DNA from: an uncultured Spartobacteria bacterium
GTDB lineage: Bacteria > Verrucomicrobiota > Verrucomicrobiia > Chthoniobacterales > JAATET01
DNA length: 64,000 bases
Direction: 5' to 3'
NCBI GenBank assembly: GCA_938011325.1
Contig: CALLUD010000002.1
Location: 39,367 to 103,366 of the forward strand
This document shows positions 46,128 through 55,361 of this stretch, one piece after another. Position 1 is the first letter of the stretch. Each line of letters opens with the position of its first letter. The position numbers and the translations under genes were made by a program. The notes beneath the pieces were generated by a model that saw only the letters and a program-made list of their open reading frames with translations, did no database searches and was not told the DNA's origin.

Positions 46128-49100
46128 ATGTTTCGTCGTAATCCTGTTGCATGGCTGGCTTGTGCAGCGGCTCTGATTACGCATCCGGCGGCTGCACAGA
46201 TTCACTTCGAAGGGGGATACCTCGACTTGGACCAATATGTGTTTATTGGTTTTCCGGACAACGCCCCCGGGACGGCGACCGTGACTGGCGACGCAAGCCG
46301 CGGTTACATCTTCGTCGGAGCCTTGTCGGAGGGGACGCTGAACATCCAGTCGGGAGGCGCCCTGAGCGGGTCGCGGGTGTTTTTGGGAGGGGAGCAGACG
46401 GGAAATATGGTGGTCAACAGTGGGGGCAGCCTGTCGGTTTCCGGTCTGAGTGTGGGATCGCTCTACGGTTCCGGTCATGTGGATATCAACGGAGGAACGG
46501 TGAACGTCTCGGACCTCTTTTCGGTGGGTGACGGAACGGGACCGAGCTCCGTGAACCTCCATGGCGGAACGTTGGAGGCGGGAAGAGCGAAAGTGGCGAA
46601 TGGGTCCGTGGTCCTGGATGGCGGCACCTTTTCCGTCGGCGGCGATATGAAGGTTGGGGACAATGCGGCCGGCAGTCTGGTTCTCATGGATGGATCCGTC
46701 TCGGTCGGGGGGACGTTTTACGTGGGGAACGGACACGACGGCACCGTGACGATCGAAGGCGGTTCGCTGAACACGAACGATTCCTGGATCGGGGGATTTA
46801 CGAGCAACGGCACTGCCAAGGTGACCGGGGGAAACTGGACGGTGTCCACGATGCTCTACCTGGGGATGCTCAATTCTTCGGGCACGCTGGAAATCAGCGG
46901 CTCGGGCGCTGTCAGTGCCATCGGGGTGATGGTGGGGCAAATGGGTGACGGTGTTCTGCGGCTCAACGGTGGATCGCTCAGTGCGGAGCTCGTGCAGGTG
47001 GGTTATACCGGGGAAAATGGCAGCGGCTCTGTCGAATTGAACGGAGGCACGATGCACGTGGTGAATGTCACCGCGTATGCGCTCTCCACGGCTTCGAGGA
47101 GTTTCGTATGGAATGGCGGGACCTTGAAGCTGGTGGGCAGCCAGGGCAACCTGTTCGACGGGTTTGCGACAGAGAACGCCCAGGTCCGGATCGATGCCAA
47201 TGGCGGTCTGCTCGACACCAGTGGCGGCGACGCGATCATCAACGTGGGCATCCAGGGCACGGGAGCGCTGCATAAATTGGGCGAGGGAACGCTTACCTTC
47301 ACCACGAGCCAGGCTTATACGGGCGGCACGATCGTCCATGCAGGACAGCTGATCTTTTCCGGCGATGGAGGGTTTGCTTCGCCGGACACGTCTCTCATCG
47401 TCGGACGTGATGACGGCGATGACGGTGCGGTCATAATCGGATCCTCTGCCAATATCTCGACGGCGGGCGGGGTGATCGCCCAGGGTGAGGGATCCAAAGG
47501 GACGGTGGAGGTCGTCGACGGCACATGGACGAATACGACGGCACTGACCATTGGCAACGCGGGGGAAGGCACGCTGAGCATTTCGGGCAACGGCCGCGTC
47601 GTGGCGCCCTCGGTTTCGGTGACCGCCGCGAATGCTTCGGGGAAGGGATTGCTCGAGATTGATGGCATGGGCGTGCTCGAAGCAGGTCAGGTTAGTGCCG
47701 GTGTTGGGCAGGCGACGCTTTCGTTTTCCAACCGAGGCACGCTGCGCCTGACGGGAGACCAGAGCGACCTCTTTACAGGATTCAAAGCGCAGGGGGTGCG
47801 ATTCGACACCGGCGGCGGAGTCATCGATACCCAGGAGCATACGGCGACGATCGACATTTCCCTGTGGGGTGAGGGCGCCTTGATCAAGAGAGGCTCAGGC
47901 ACGCTTGTTCTCACAGGAGCGAACTCCCACGCCGGAGGCACGGTGGTGGAGGAGGGTGTGCTGAGCATCGGATTGGATGCGAACCTGGGGGCGTCGGGTC
48001 CGCTGACGCTCGACGGAGGCACGCTTCTGAATCGGGCCGACATTCTGACCGCACGGAAGGTAAGGCTCGGCGAAAACGGCGGCGTTTTGGACGTCGATGC
48101 CGGCTTTCTCACGTTCGAAGAGCCGGTCGAGGGAATGGGCGATTTGACCAAGACGGGTGGCAACCTCCTTACGCTTGTCGGCCACCACACCTACACCGGC
48201 GACACGCACGTCAACGAGGGCGGTTTCAAACTCCAGGACGGAACTCTGGCCTCGTCGTTGGTCGAGCTGGCGGAGGGAACGACATTTTATCTTGTGGCTC
48301 ACGACGGGAAGCAAACCGCGTATGCCGGGGAGATTTCCGGAGACGGGCAGGTTGTCATCCAGACGGATGGGAGTGGACAAGTTGTGCTCAGCGGGGACAA
48401 CCGCCATGCCGGCCCGACCACGATCGAGTCGGGTGAGCTGGTTACATTGTCCGACGGAGCGTTGTCGCCACTCTCGGCGCTTACCCTTCTCGAGGGGACG
48501 AAATTGATCGTCTATGGCGACGACGATGACAGCTACCTCGTCGAGGCGGGCTCGCTTTCCGGTGCGGGAACCGTCGAGATCGGCAAGGGATCGGGTCTGA
48601 TCGTCGGAGGAGACAACTCGGACACGACGTTCTCGGGATCCATTCTCGCCACGGGACCCGGGACTGGTTTTGAAAAGACGGGTGCGGGCAAACTGACGCT
48701 TACAGGGGATAGCGAGGTTTCCATTCTCATGCTCTGCGGATGCAGCCTGACCAACGAGCTTGAGATCAATGGCGGCAGTGTCACGTCCGTGGAGTTCCTC
48801 GAAAATTTTGGCGGCGCCCTGTCGGTCGTCAATGACGGACGGCTCGAGGCGGATATCGTCCTGTCTTTTGGGCCCCTGCGCGTTCGGGACAATGGCTCGC
48901 AGATGGTTGCCGGCGCGATGAGTTTCGCCGGCGAGGATGCGATCCTGGAAGTCGGCGAAGGGGCGTCGCTTTCGACCGCCTCGGTCACGATTTCAGAAGG
49001 TGCACAGGCTGTGGTGAACGGCACCGTGCAGGGGCTGGTGGAGAACAACACTTCGCTCTACGTCGAGGAAGGCGCGATCGTTTCCGGAAGCGGCACGATT

Positions 49101-49610
49101 GGTGAACTGGAGATCGATGACGGCGGCATCCTTTCACCCGGCAACAGCCCGGGAACGCTGACTGCGAGCAACACCACGTGGCTGAGCGGTGGCGTTTACC
49201 TTTGGGAAATCAATGACGCCACGGGTGCGGCGGGGACGAATTGGGATCTTTTCAACGTGAACGGAACGCTGTCGCTGGCGGACATCAGCGCGGACAATCC
49301 CTTCACGATCGCGCTCCGCTCGCTGGGACTGGATGACAATCCGGGAGAAGCCGCGAACTTCGATCCCACGCGGACGTATACGTGGACGATCGTCATGGCC
49401 TCCGGTGGGATCACCGACTTTGACGCTGCCGGGTTTTCCATCGATTCATCCGGATTTGCGAACGCCCCGGGTTCGAACCGATTCTCGCTTTCGAGCGATG
49501 GCGCCCGACTGACGTTGACTTACAGCGCCGTGCCGGAGCCGGCTCACATTGGTCTCGGTATCGGCACGCTCCTGCTGGCCCTTGCGGCGATGCGTCGCCG
49601 ACGCGCGTAG
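46128..49610 (+). CDS. PEP-CTERM-anchored giant surface protein with autotransporter-associated beta-strand repeats
   Basis: Signal peptide ...THPAAAQ. The repeats read L-K-x-G-x-G-T-L-x-L-T-G-x-N-x-Y-T-G-G-T (e.g. LHKLGEGTLTFTTSQAYTGGT, LIKRGSGTLVLTGANSHAGGT). The protein also has SPGNSPGTL and a C-terminal VPEPAHIGLGIGTLLLALAAMRRRR. Confidence 0.88.
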   Translation: MFRRNPVAWLACAAALITHPAAAQIHFEGGYLDLDQYVFIGFPDNAPGTATVTGDASRGYIFVGALSEGTLNIQSGGALSGSRVFLGGEQTGNMVVNSGGSLSVSGLSVGSLYGSGHVDINGGTVNVSDLFSVGDGTGPSSVNLHGGTLEAGRAKVANGSVVLDGGTFSVGGDMKVGDNAAGSLVLMDGSVSVGGTFYVGNGHDGTVTIEGGSLNTNDSWIGGFTSNGTAKVTGGNWTVSTMLYLGMLNSSGTLEISGSGAVSAIGVMVGQMGDGVLRLNGGSLSAELVQVGYTGENGSGSVELNGGTMHVVNVTAYALSTASRSFVWNGGTLKLVGSQGNLFDGFATENAQVRIDANGGLLDTSGGDAIINVGIQGTGALHKLGEGTLTFTTSQAYTGGTIVHAGQLIFSGDGGFASPDTSLIVGRDDGDDGAVIIGSSANISTAGGVIAQGEGSKGTVEVVDGTWTNTTALTIGNAGEGTLSISGNGRVVAPSVSVTAANASGKGLLEIDGMGVLEAGQVSAGVGQATLSFSNRGTLRLTGDQSDLFTGFKAQGVRFDTGGGVIDTQEHTATIDISLWGEGALIKRGSGTLVLTGANSHAGGTVVEEGVLSIGLDANLGASGPLTLDGGTLLNRADILTARKVRLGENGGVLDVDAGFLTFEEPVEGMGDLTKTGGNLLTLVGHHTYTGDTHVNEGGFKLQDGTLASSLVELAEGTTFYLVAHDGKQTAYAGEISGDGQVVIQTDGSGQVVLSGDNRHAGPTTIESGELVTLSDGALSPLSALTLLEGTKLIVYGDDDDSYLVEAGSLSGAGTVEIGKGSGLIVGGDNSDTTFSGSILATGPGTGFEKTGAGKLTLTGDSEVSILMLCGCSLTNELEINGGSVTSVEFLENFGGALSVVNDGRLEADIVLSFGPLRVRDNGSQMVAGAMSFAGEDAILEVGEGASLSTASVTISEGAQAVVNGTVQGLVENNTSLYVEEGAIVSGSGTIGELEIDDGGILSPGNSPGTLTASNTTWLSGGVYLWEINDATGAAGTNWDLFNVNGTLSLADISADNPFTIALRSLGLDDNPGEAANFDPTRTYTWTIVMASGGITDFDAAGFSIDSSGFANAPGSNRFSLSSDGARLTLTYSAVPEPAHIGLGIGTLLLALAAMRRRRA

Positions 49611-49622
49611 CGAATGAAGCGA

Positions 49623-49649
49623 TCGGGCGCGGGATGAGCTCGCGCCCGA
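49623..49649. terminator. GC-rich hairpin between convergent genes (candidate bidirectional terminator)
   Basis: TCGGGCGCG / CGCGCCCGA form a 9-bp perfect stem with a 9-nt loop. The hairpin lies in the 58-nt gap between the PEP-CTERM gene and aroE, and its flanking T-tracts are weak. Confidence 0.35.
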
Positions 49650-49668
49650 CCTTGGCAATCGCTGCGGA

Positions 49669-50595
49669 CTAACCCGCGCGCAGCGCTGCGCGCATGGCCT
49701 CGAGCGGGGCGGGGCGGTTGAACCAGATTTCGAAGGCGATCGCGCCCTGATGGAGGAGCATCGAGAGGCCGTTTGCGGCGCGGGCGCCGGCTTGCGTGGC
49801 TTCCTCGACGAGACGAGTGCGACCCGTTGCGTAGACGGCGTCGTAGACGAGAAGGTTTGGCGTGAGAAGCGATTGTGGCAGGACCGGCGGGTCGGTGCGT
49901 TTCATGCCGATCGAAGTGGCGTTCACCACGAGATCGACATGCTCCAGCTGCGCGCGAATGGCGGCAAGATCGTGCGGGATGGCAACGAGCCGGTCGGCGG
50001 GGCCGACGAGGCGGTCGGAACGAAAATAGCGGTCGAGTTCAGCGGCGAAGGCCTGCGCTTTCTCGACGGTGCGATTGACGAGAACCAGTCGCTCGCAGCC
50101 TTCGATGGCGCATTGAGCGGCGATGGCGCGACCCGCGCCACCTCCGGCGCCGAGCACCATGATGCGCAGGTCGCGAACGTCGGCGAGGAACTCCTCGCGA
50201 ATGGCGCGCACGAAGCCCGGCCCGTCCGTGTTGAATCCGGAGAGGTTTCCATCGTCGTCGATCGCGATCGTGTTGACCGCGCCGATCGCACGGGCGGTCT
50301 CGTCGAGATCGGTCACGGTCTCGAGGGCCGCCGTCTTGTGCGGAAGGGTGAGGTTTGCGCCGAGGAACCCTGCGCCCGGCAACGCGCGGAGCGCGGCAGC
50401 CAGCTCGTCGGAGCGAACGTGGAGACGGGTGTATTGGACGTCGATCCCGCAGGCTTTCAACGCGGCGTTCTGGAACACCGGGGACTTCGACTGCGCGATC
50501 GGATCGCCAAGCACCGCGAGGCGCGCTGGCGGCTGGAGCGAGCGCAGGGTGTCGGGACGCTCGAGAAGATCAGCAGCAGTGAAGACCTCGCTCAT
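49669..50595 (-). CDS. aroE: shikimate dehydrogenase
   Basis: LGDPIAQSKSP, NLTLPHK and VLGAGGGAGRAIA. The start is taken at MSEVF, whose ATG overlaps the gltX stop (ATGA). Confidence 0.9.
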   Translation of the reverse strand: MSEVFTAADLLERPDTLRSLQPPARLAVLGDPIAQSKSPVFQNAALKACGIDVQYTRLHVRSDELAAALRALPGAGFLGANLTLPHKTAALETVTDLDETARAIGAVNTIAIDDDGNLSGFNTDGPGFVRAIREEFLADVRDLRIMVLGAGGGAGRAIAAQCAIEGCERLVLVNRTVEKAQAFAAELDRYFRSDRLVGPADRLVAIPHDLAAIRAQLEHVDLVVNATSIGMKRTDPPVLPQSLLTPNLLVYDAVYATGRTRLVEEATQAGARAANGLSMLLHQGAIAFEIWFNRPAPLEAMRAALRAG

Positions 50596-51914
50596 GAGCC
50601 GAATTCCGTGATCGCACGATCGAATCGCGCCAGCACGCGCTCCTTGCCGAGAACCTCCAGCATTTCGTAGAGGCCCGGGCCGACTGCGCGACCGCTGACC
50701 GCAACGCGTGCGGGGTGGATGAACTCGCCATTTTTCGCGCCGAGATTCGCGGCGGTTTCCTTGAGCGTCGATTCGAGCGCGGCGACGGTCCATTCGCCGA
50801 GACCGGCGTAGGCGTCCTTCAACTGCGCGAGCCGCTCGAGAGCGCCGGGTTTGCGCAGTGCCTTCTCCACGGCCTCGGGCTCGAACACGTAATCCTCGCG
50901 GAAGAGGTATCCGATCCAGTCGGGAACGTCGGAGAGGTGCTTGATCTTCGGCTTCACGATGGCCAGCGCGGGAAGCAGAGCCTCGCGGGTGCCGTAGGCG
51001 ATGCCGGCCTTCTCGATGAACGGCAGGGAGAGGTCCGCAAAGCGCTCGAGATCCATGTGCAGGATGTGCTGGCCATTCAGCCAAAAACACTTGTCGAGGT
51101 CGAAGATCGCGCTGCGGCGGTTGATGTTCTCCAGCACGAAGAGTTCGCGAATTTCGTCCACCTGGAGGAACTCGCGGTTGTCCTTCGGCGACCAGCCGAG
51201 GAGTGAGATGTAATTCGCCACGGCCTCGGGCGCGTAGCCGCCGTCGATGAAATACGTGATGCTCGAGCCGCCGTCGCGCTTGCTGAGCTTCTTGCCCTCG
51301 TGATTGAGGATGAGCGGAATGTGCGCGAACTTCGGCGGCGTCGCGCCGAGCGCCTCGTAGAGCTCGATGTGCTTCGGCGTGTTCGAAAGGTGGTCCTCAC
51401 CACGGATGACGTGCGTGAGCTGCATCTCGATGTCGTCGACGACGTTCACGAAATGGAAAATCCACGAGCCGTCGGGCCGGCGGATCGTCATGTCGGGATG
51501 CGTGACGGGGTTCGACATGTCGAAGGAGATTTTTCCGCAGACGATGTCCTCGATCACGACGGTCTTGCGCGGCGAGCGGAAGCGGATGGCGCCTTCGTCC
51601 TCGTAAACGAGTCCCTTGGATTCGAGCGTGGCGAGGTGTTTCTCGTAGATCGCGTTGCGCTCGCTCTGGAAATACGGGCCAAAGTCGCCGCCGACCTGCG
51701 GGCCTTCGTCCCAGTCGATTCCGAGCCAGCGCAGGCCGTCGTAGATGACGTCGTAGGCCTCGGCGGTGTTGCGCTTCGCATCGGTGTCCTCGATGCGGAG
51801 GATGAACTTTCCGCCATGCTTGCGGGCGAAGAGCCAGTTGAACAGGGCGGTGCGGGCGCCGCCGACGTGGAGGTAGCCGGTGGGTGAAGGAGCAAAGCGG
51901 GTGCGGACGGACAT
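50592..51914 (-). CDS. gltX: glutamate--tRNA ligase
   Basis: RFAPSPTGYLHVGGARTALFN (HIGH) and KLSKRDG (KMSKS). Confidence 0.95.
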   Translation of the reverse strand: MSVRTRFAPSPTGYLHVGGARTALFNWLFARKHGGKFILRIEDTDAKRNTAEAYDVIYDGLRWLGIDWDEGPQVGGDFGPYFQSERNAIYEKHLATLESKGLVYEDEGAIRFRSPRKTVVIEDIVCGKISFDMSNPVTHPDMTIRRPDGSWIFHFVNVVDDIEMQLTHVIRGEDHLSNTPKHIELYEALGATPPKFAHIPLILNHEGKKLSKRDGGSSITYFIDGGYAPEAVANYISLLGWSPKDNREFLQVDEIRELFVLENINRRSAIFDLDKCFWLNGQHILHMDLERFADLSLPFIEKAGIAYGTREALLPALAIVKPKIKHLSDVPDWIGYLFREDYVFEPEAVEKALRKPGALERLAQLKDAYAGLGEWTVAALESTLKETAANLGAKNGEFIHPARVAVSGRAVGPGLYEMLEVLGKERVLARFDRAITEFGS

Positions 51915-52100
51915 TTTGTTCGAACGAAAGGATTATGCAGGACTCCGAGGATTAACAGGAATCCGGTCAAAGAGGATAAGAGAAAATCACGGTTGGCCGG
52001 CTTCCGAAAGCGGCGTTTTGGAGAGGGTATCGCAGGCCTGGGCAGAAGAAGGGATCCCGTTAATCGTGTAAATCCCGGGAATCCTGTTAGTTTCTCCCTC

Positions 52101-52553
52101 ATGGCTCTCCAATCCCAAATCGACAACGACATCAAGGACGCGATGCGCGCCAAGGACACGGCGAAGCTTGGCGTGCTGCGCATGTTGAAATCCGCCCTGA
52201 TGAATGCCGCGATCGAAAAAGGCGGCGCAGGCACGCAGCTCGACGACGCGGAGGCGATGGCGGTCATCCGCAAGGAAGTGAAGAAGCGGCAGGATTCCGT
52301 CGAAGGCTTCGAGAAGGGCGGCCGGGCGGAGCTGGCCGACAAGGAGCGCGCGGAGATCGAAGTTTTGAACGCCTACCTCCCGATGGCCCTGTCGCCGGAG
52401 GAGGTGACGGCGCTGGTGCGCGAGGCGATCGCCGAGGCGGGCGCGACCTCCCGCAAGGAGATGGGCGCGGTGATGAAGATTGCGAACGCGAAGGCCGCCG
52501 GCCGCGTCGATGGCAAGACGCTTAGCACCGAGGTGCAGAAGCAGCTTCCCTGA
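52101..52553 (+). CDS. yqeY: GatB/YqeY-domain protein
   Basis: IDNDIKDAMRAKDTAKLGVLRMLKSAL...EIEVLNAYLP. Confidence 0.88.
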   Translation: MALQSQIDNDIKDAMRAKDTAKLGVLRMLKSALMNAAIEKGGAGTQLDDAEAMAVIRKEVKKRQDSVEGFEKGGRAELADKERAEIEVLNAYLPMALSPEEVTALVREAIAEAGATSRKEMGAVMKIANAKAAGRVDGKTLSTEVQKQLP

Positions 52554-53264
52554 ATGACCGCGGCGTCCTCGCAAGCACGGCCGAGTCTGGATGCGGTGAT
52601 TGTTGCCGCCGGCGCAAGCCGGCGGATGGGATTCGACAAACTGCTCACTCCCGTCGTCGGCGTGCCGTTGATCGCGCATACCGTGAGGGCGTTCGAGGAA
52701 TGCGCCGACGTGGCCCGGATCGTCCTTGTCGTGAGTCCCGATCGTGCGGAGAGCGTGCGGGAGGCACTGCCGTTTGCACGAAAACTCACGAACTTCGTGA
52801 CCGGTGGCGAGACCCGGCAGGAGTCGGTCTGGAACGGCCTGGAGCAGGTGAGTGCCGACTTTGTCGCGGTGCATGACGCCGCCCGGCCGCTCGTCACGCC
52901 GACTGAGATTTCGCGCTGCTTCGACGCGGCGATCCAGCATGGCGCGGCGACGCTGGCCGAACCGGTTGCCGACACGTTGCAACGGACCGACGAGGAGGGA
53001 CGCTGCACCGAGCTGGTGGACCGCGAAGGGCTGTGGCGCATTCAAACCCCGCAAATCTTCGAGACCCGGGCGCTGCGTCGTGCCTGCGAGGGAGCCCGCA
53101 ACTCGGGGATCGTGGTGACGGATGAGACGTCCGCATTTCAGCGGACCGGCGGCGTGGTCTTTGTCGTGGAAAACCGGGAGTGGAATTTTAAAGTGACGTA
53201 TCCCCGCGATGTGGCGGTGGCGGAATTCATCCTCCAGTCACGAGCGGCGGCGAGTTTGACGTGA
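52554..53264 (+). CDS. ispD: 2-C-methyl-D-erythritol 4-phosphate cytidylyltransferase
   Basis: VIVAAGASRRMG...VHDAARP...QTPQIF. Confidence 0.92.
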   Translation: MTAASSQARPSLDAVIVAAGASRRMGFDKLLTPVVGVPLIAHTVRAFEECADVARIVLVVSPDRAESVREALPFARKLTNFVTGGETRQESVWNGLEQVSADFVAVHDAARPLVTPTEISRCFDAAIQHGAATLAEPVADTLQRTDEEGRCTELVDREGLWRIQTPQIFETRALRRACEGARNSGIVVTDETSAFQRTGGVVFVVENREWNFKVTYPRDVAVAEFILQSRAAASLT

Positions 53265-54532
53265 AGACCGAGTTATCGAAGTTACCGAATGGCATTTCCG
53301 TGGCGACGTGCGAAATGCCGCAGGCGCAATCCGCGACCTTTGGAATCTGGGCCGGCGTGGGCGGTCGCCACGAGCCGAAGCGGCTTGCCGGCGTTTCCCA
53401 TTTCATCGAGCACATGCTCTTCAAGGGCACGCGGCGACGCACGGCGCGCCAGATCGGCCAGGAGGTTGAGGCGGTCGGTGGTTATCTGAATGCCACCACC
53501 ACGCACGATCACACGGTCTACTACGGAGCGGCGCCTGCGGATCACTTCAAGCGGTTGAGCGCGGTGCTATGCGACATGTATCTCGAGCCGCGCTTTGCCA
53601 CGCGTGACATTGGCCGGGAGCGCGCGGTGATCTCGGAGGAAATTCAGATGTATCAGGATGAGCCCTCGGAGCTTGTGCAGGAGATCCTCTGGGAGGATCT
53701 CTGGCCCAACCATGGGCTCGGGCGTCCATTGACCGGGACGCAGGAGAGCATCGCCGCGCTGCGTCGCGAGGAAATGTTGCAGTATCGAGCGAAGCATTAT
53801 TCCGGGGCAAACACGGTGGTTTCCGCAGCCGGCTGCGTGCGGCATGAGGAGGTGGTGAAGCGGGTGGAGCAGTTGCTTGGGGCACTTCCGAAAGGGAGGC
53901 GAACCCGCGCGTCGAGCCCTCCGCCACTTCCCCGTCGGGTGCGTTTGCGATTGATCGAGCGCGAGACCCAGCAGGTGCATCTCGCCTTCGCGGTGCCGTG
54001 CTGTTCGCTGCACGACGAGGACCGCTATGCGACGAACATTTTGAATCTCCTTCTGGCCGGAAACATGAGTTCACGGTTGTTCCAGGAGCTGAGGGAGAAG
54101 CGCGGCCTTTGTTACAACGTCAGCTCCAACGTGAGCCAGTATGAGGATGTCGGCGTGATCAATTTTTACCTGGGACTCGATGCCCGGAACCTCGAGAAGT
54201 CCCTCCGGTTGATCTGCCGGGAATTCCGCCGGCTCCGCGAAGAACTCGTGCGGCCTGCCGAGTTGAAACGGGCCAAGGACTACGCCATCGGCTCGAGCTG
54301 CATGTCACTCGAGCGCACGTCCTCGCAAAGCTCCCGGATCGGCTACTCAGCGCTTTTTTACGGGCGGGTGATTGGCGTGGAGGAATCCCACTCGCGCCTT
54401 CTCGATGTGACGCCCGCCGACGTGCAGAGGGTTGCGCGCCAGTCGCTGCAGCCGCGTCATGTCACGATGACCGTGATGGGCGCCCCGTCGTCTGCGGAGC
54501 CGGAGATCCGGGGCATTCTGGAGCAGAACTGA
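53261..54532 (+). CDS. M16-family zinc peptidase (insulinase-like)
   Basis: HFIEHMLFKGT (HxxEH). The GTG start overlaps the ispD stop. Confidence 0.88.
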   Translation: MKTELSKLPNGISVATCEMPQAQSATFGIWAGVGGRHEPKRLAGVSHFIEHMLFKGTRRRTARQIGQEVEAVGGYLNATTTHDHTVYYGAAPADHFKRLSAVLCDMYLEPRFATRDIGRERAVISEEIQMYQDEPSELVQEILWEDLWPNHGLGRPLTGTQESIAALRREEMLQYRAKHYSGANTVVSAAGCVRHEEVVKRVEQLLGALPKGRRTRASSPPPLPRRVRLRLIERETQQVHLAFAVPCCSLHDEDRYATNILNLLLAGNMSSRLFQELREKRGLCYNVSSNVSQYEDVGVINFYLGLDARNLEKSLRLICREFRRLREELVRPAELKRAKDYAIGSSCMSLERTSSQSSRIGYSALFYGRVIGVEESHSRLLDVTPADVQRVARQSLQPRHVTMTVMGAPSSAEPEIRGILEQN

Positions 54533-54538
54533 CCTTGC

Positions 54539-55315
54539 CTACGCCGTGCGCTTCGGCAGGTGGGCAACGCAGTATTCGTGGCCGTCTGCGGCGACGCGGA
54601 AGTCGAGTTCCGGATTCGAGACCTCGGTGCGTCCGCAGACTTCGCAGCGGTGGAGAGTCTCCTCGGTGGAGGCTTTTGCGAGTTCGAATTTTGCCCGGCG
54701 TGCCGCGATCTGACGGCTGTCGCGGGACTGTCGGAGGAACGCCGGTCCGAAGAAGAGCAGGTAGTTGGCGAAGGCCATGAGAATGGCTCCGCGTGTGCCC
54801 CAGCTGCCGCCGACGAAGTTGATCGCGAACAGGATGGCGGTGAGGATGGCCAGCCATTTCAGTTTCAGCGGGATGACGAGGAAGAGAAGAATCTGGAAAT
54901 TCGGCACGAGCGTGCCGGCGGCAAGCAGGAGCGAGGCGTTGAGCGCGAAGTTGCCGAAAGACTGGCCGAAGGCAAACGCGGCGCCGGTGACGCCGAGGTA
55001 GCCGACGAGATAATAGAGGTTCAGCCGGAAGGTGCCCCACGCCGACTCGATCATGTCGCCGATCCACCAAGTGAACATGAGATAGAAAATGATCCAGAGC
55101 AGGCTCATGTCGGTGGCGGGAATGAAAATCCACGTCACGAGTCGCCACACCTGGCCGTGCATGATGGCGACGGGATCGAGATTGATGAGGCCCACGAAGC
55201 CGGGATTCATCTGCGCGAGAAGGAAAACCAGGGCGTTGAGCGCGACGACGTAGCGGATCAATCCGGGAACCGCAAAGCGACCGAGGGATTTTTCGAGCGT
55301 GTTCAACAACGGCAT
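54539..55315 (-). CDS. rhomboid-like polytopic membrane protein with C-terminal zinc-ribbon-like tail
   Basis: GQVWRLVTWIFIP and GDMIESAWGTFRLNLYYLVGYLG resemble rhomboid TM2/L1 blocks. The tail is HRCEVCGRTE...HEYCVAH. The family call is tentative. Confidence 0.5.
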   Translation of the reverse strand: MPLLNTLEKSLGRFAVPGLIRYVVALNALVFLLAQMNPGFVGLINLDPVAIMHGQVWRLVTWIFIPATDMSLLWIIFYLMFTWWIGDMIESAWGTFRLNLYYLVGYLGVTGAAFAFGQSFGNFALNASLLLAAGTLVPNFQILLFLVIPLKLKWLAILTAILFAINFVGGSWGTRGAILMAFANYLLFFGPAFLRQSRDSRQIAARRAKFELAKASTEETLHRCEVCGRTEVSNPELDFRVAADGHEYCVAHLPKRTA

Positions 55316-55361
55316 CCCGCTACCTTATGGAAGCTTCGCCGGAAGGTAAGGTCTTTTCGCA

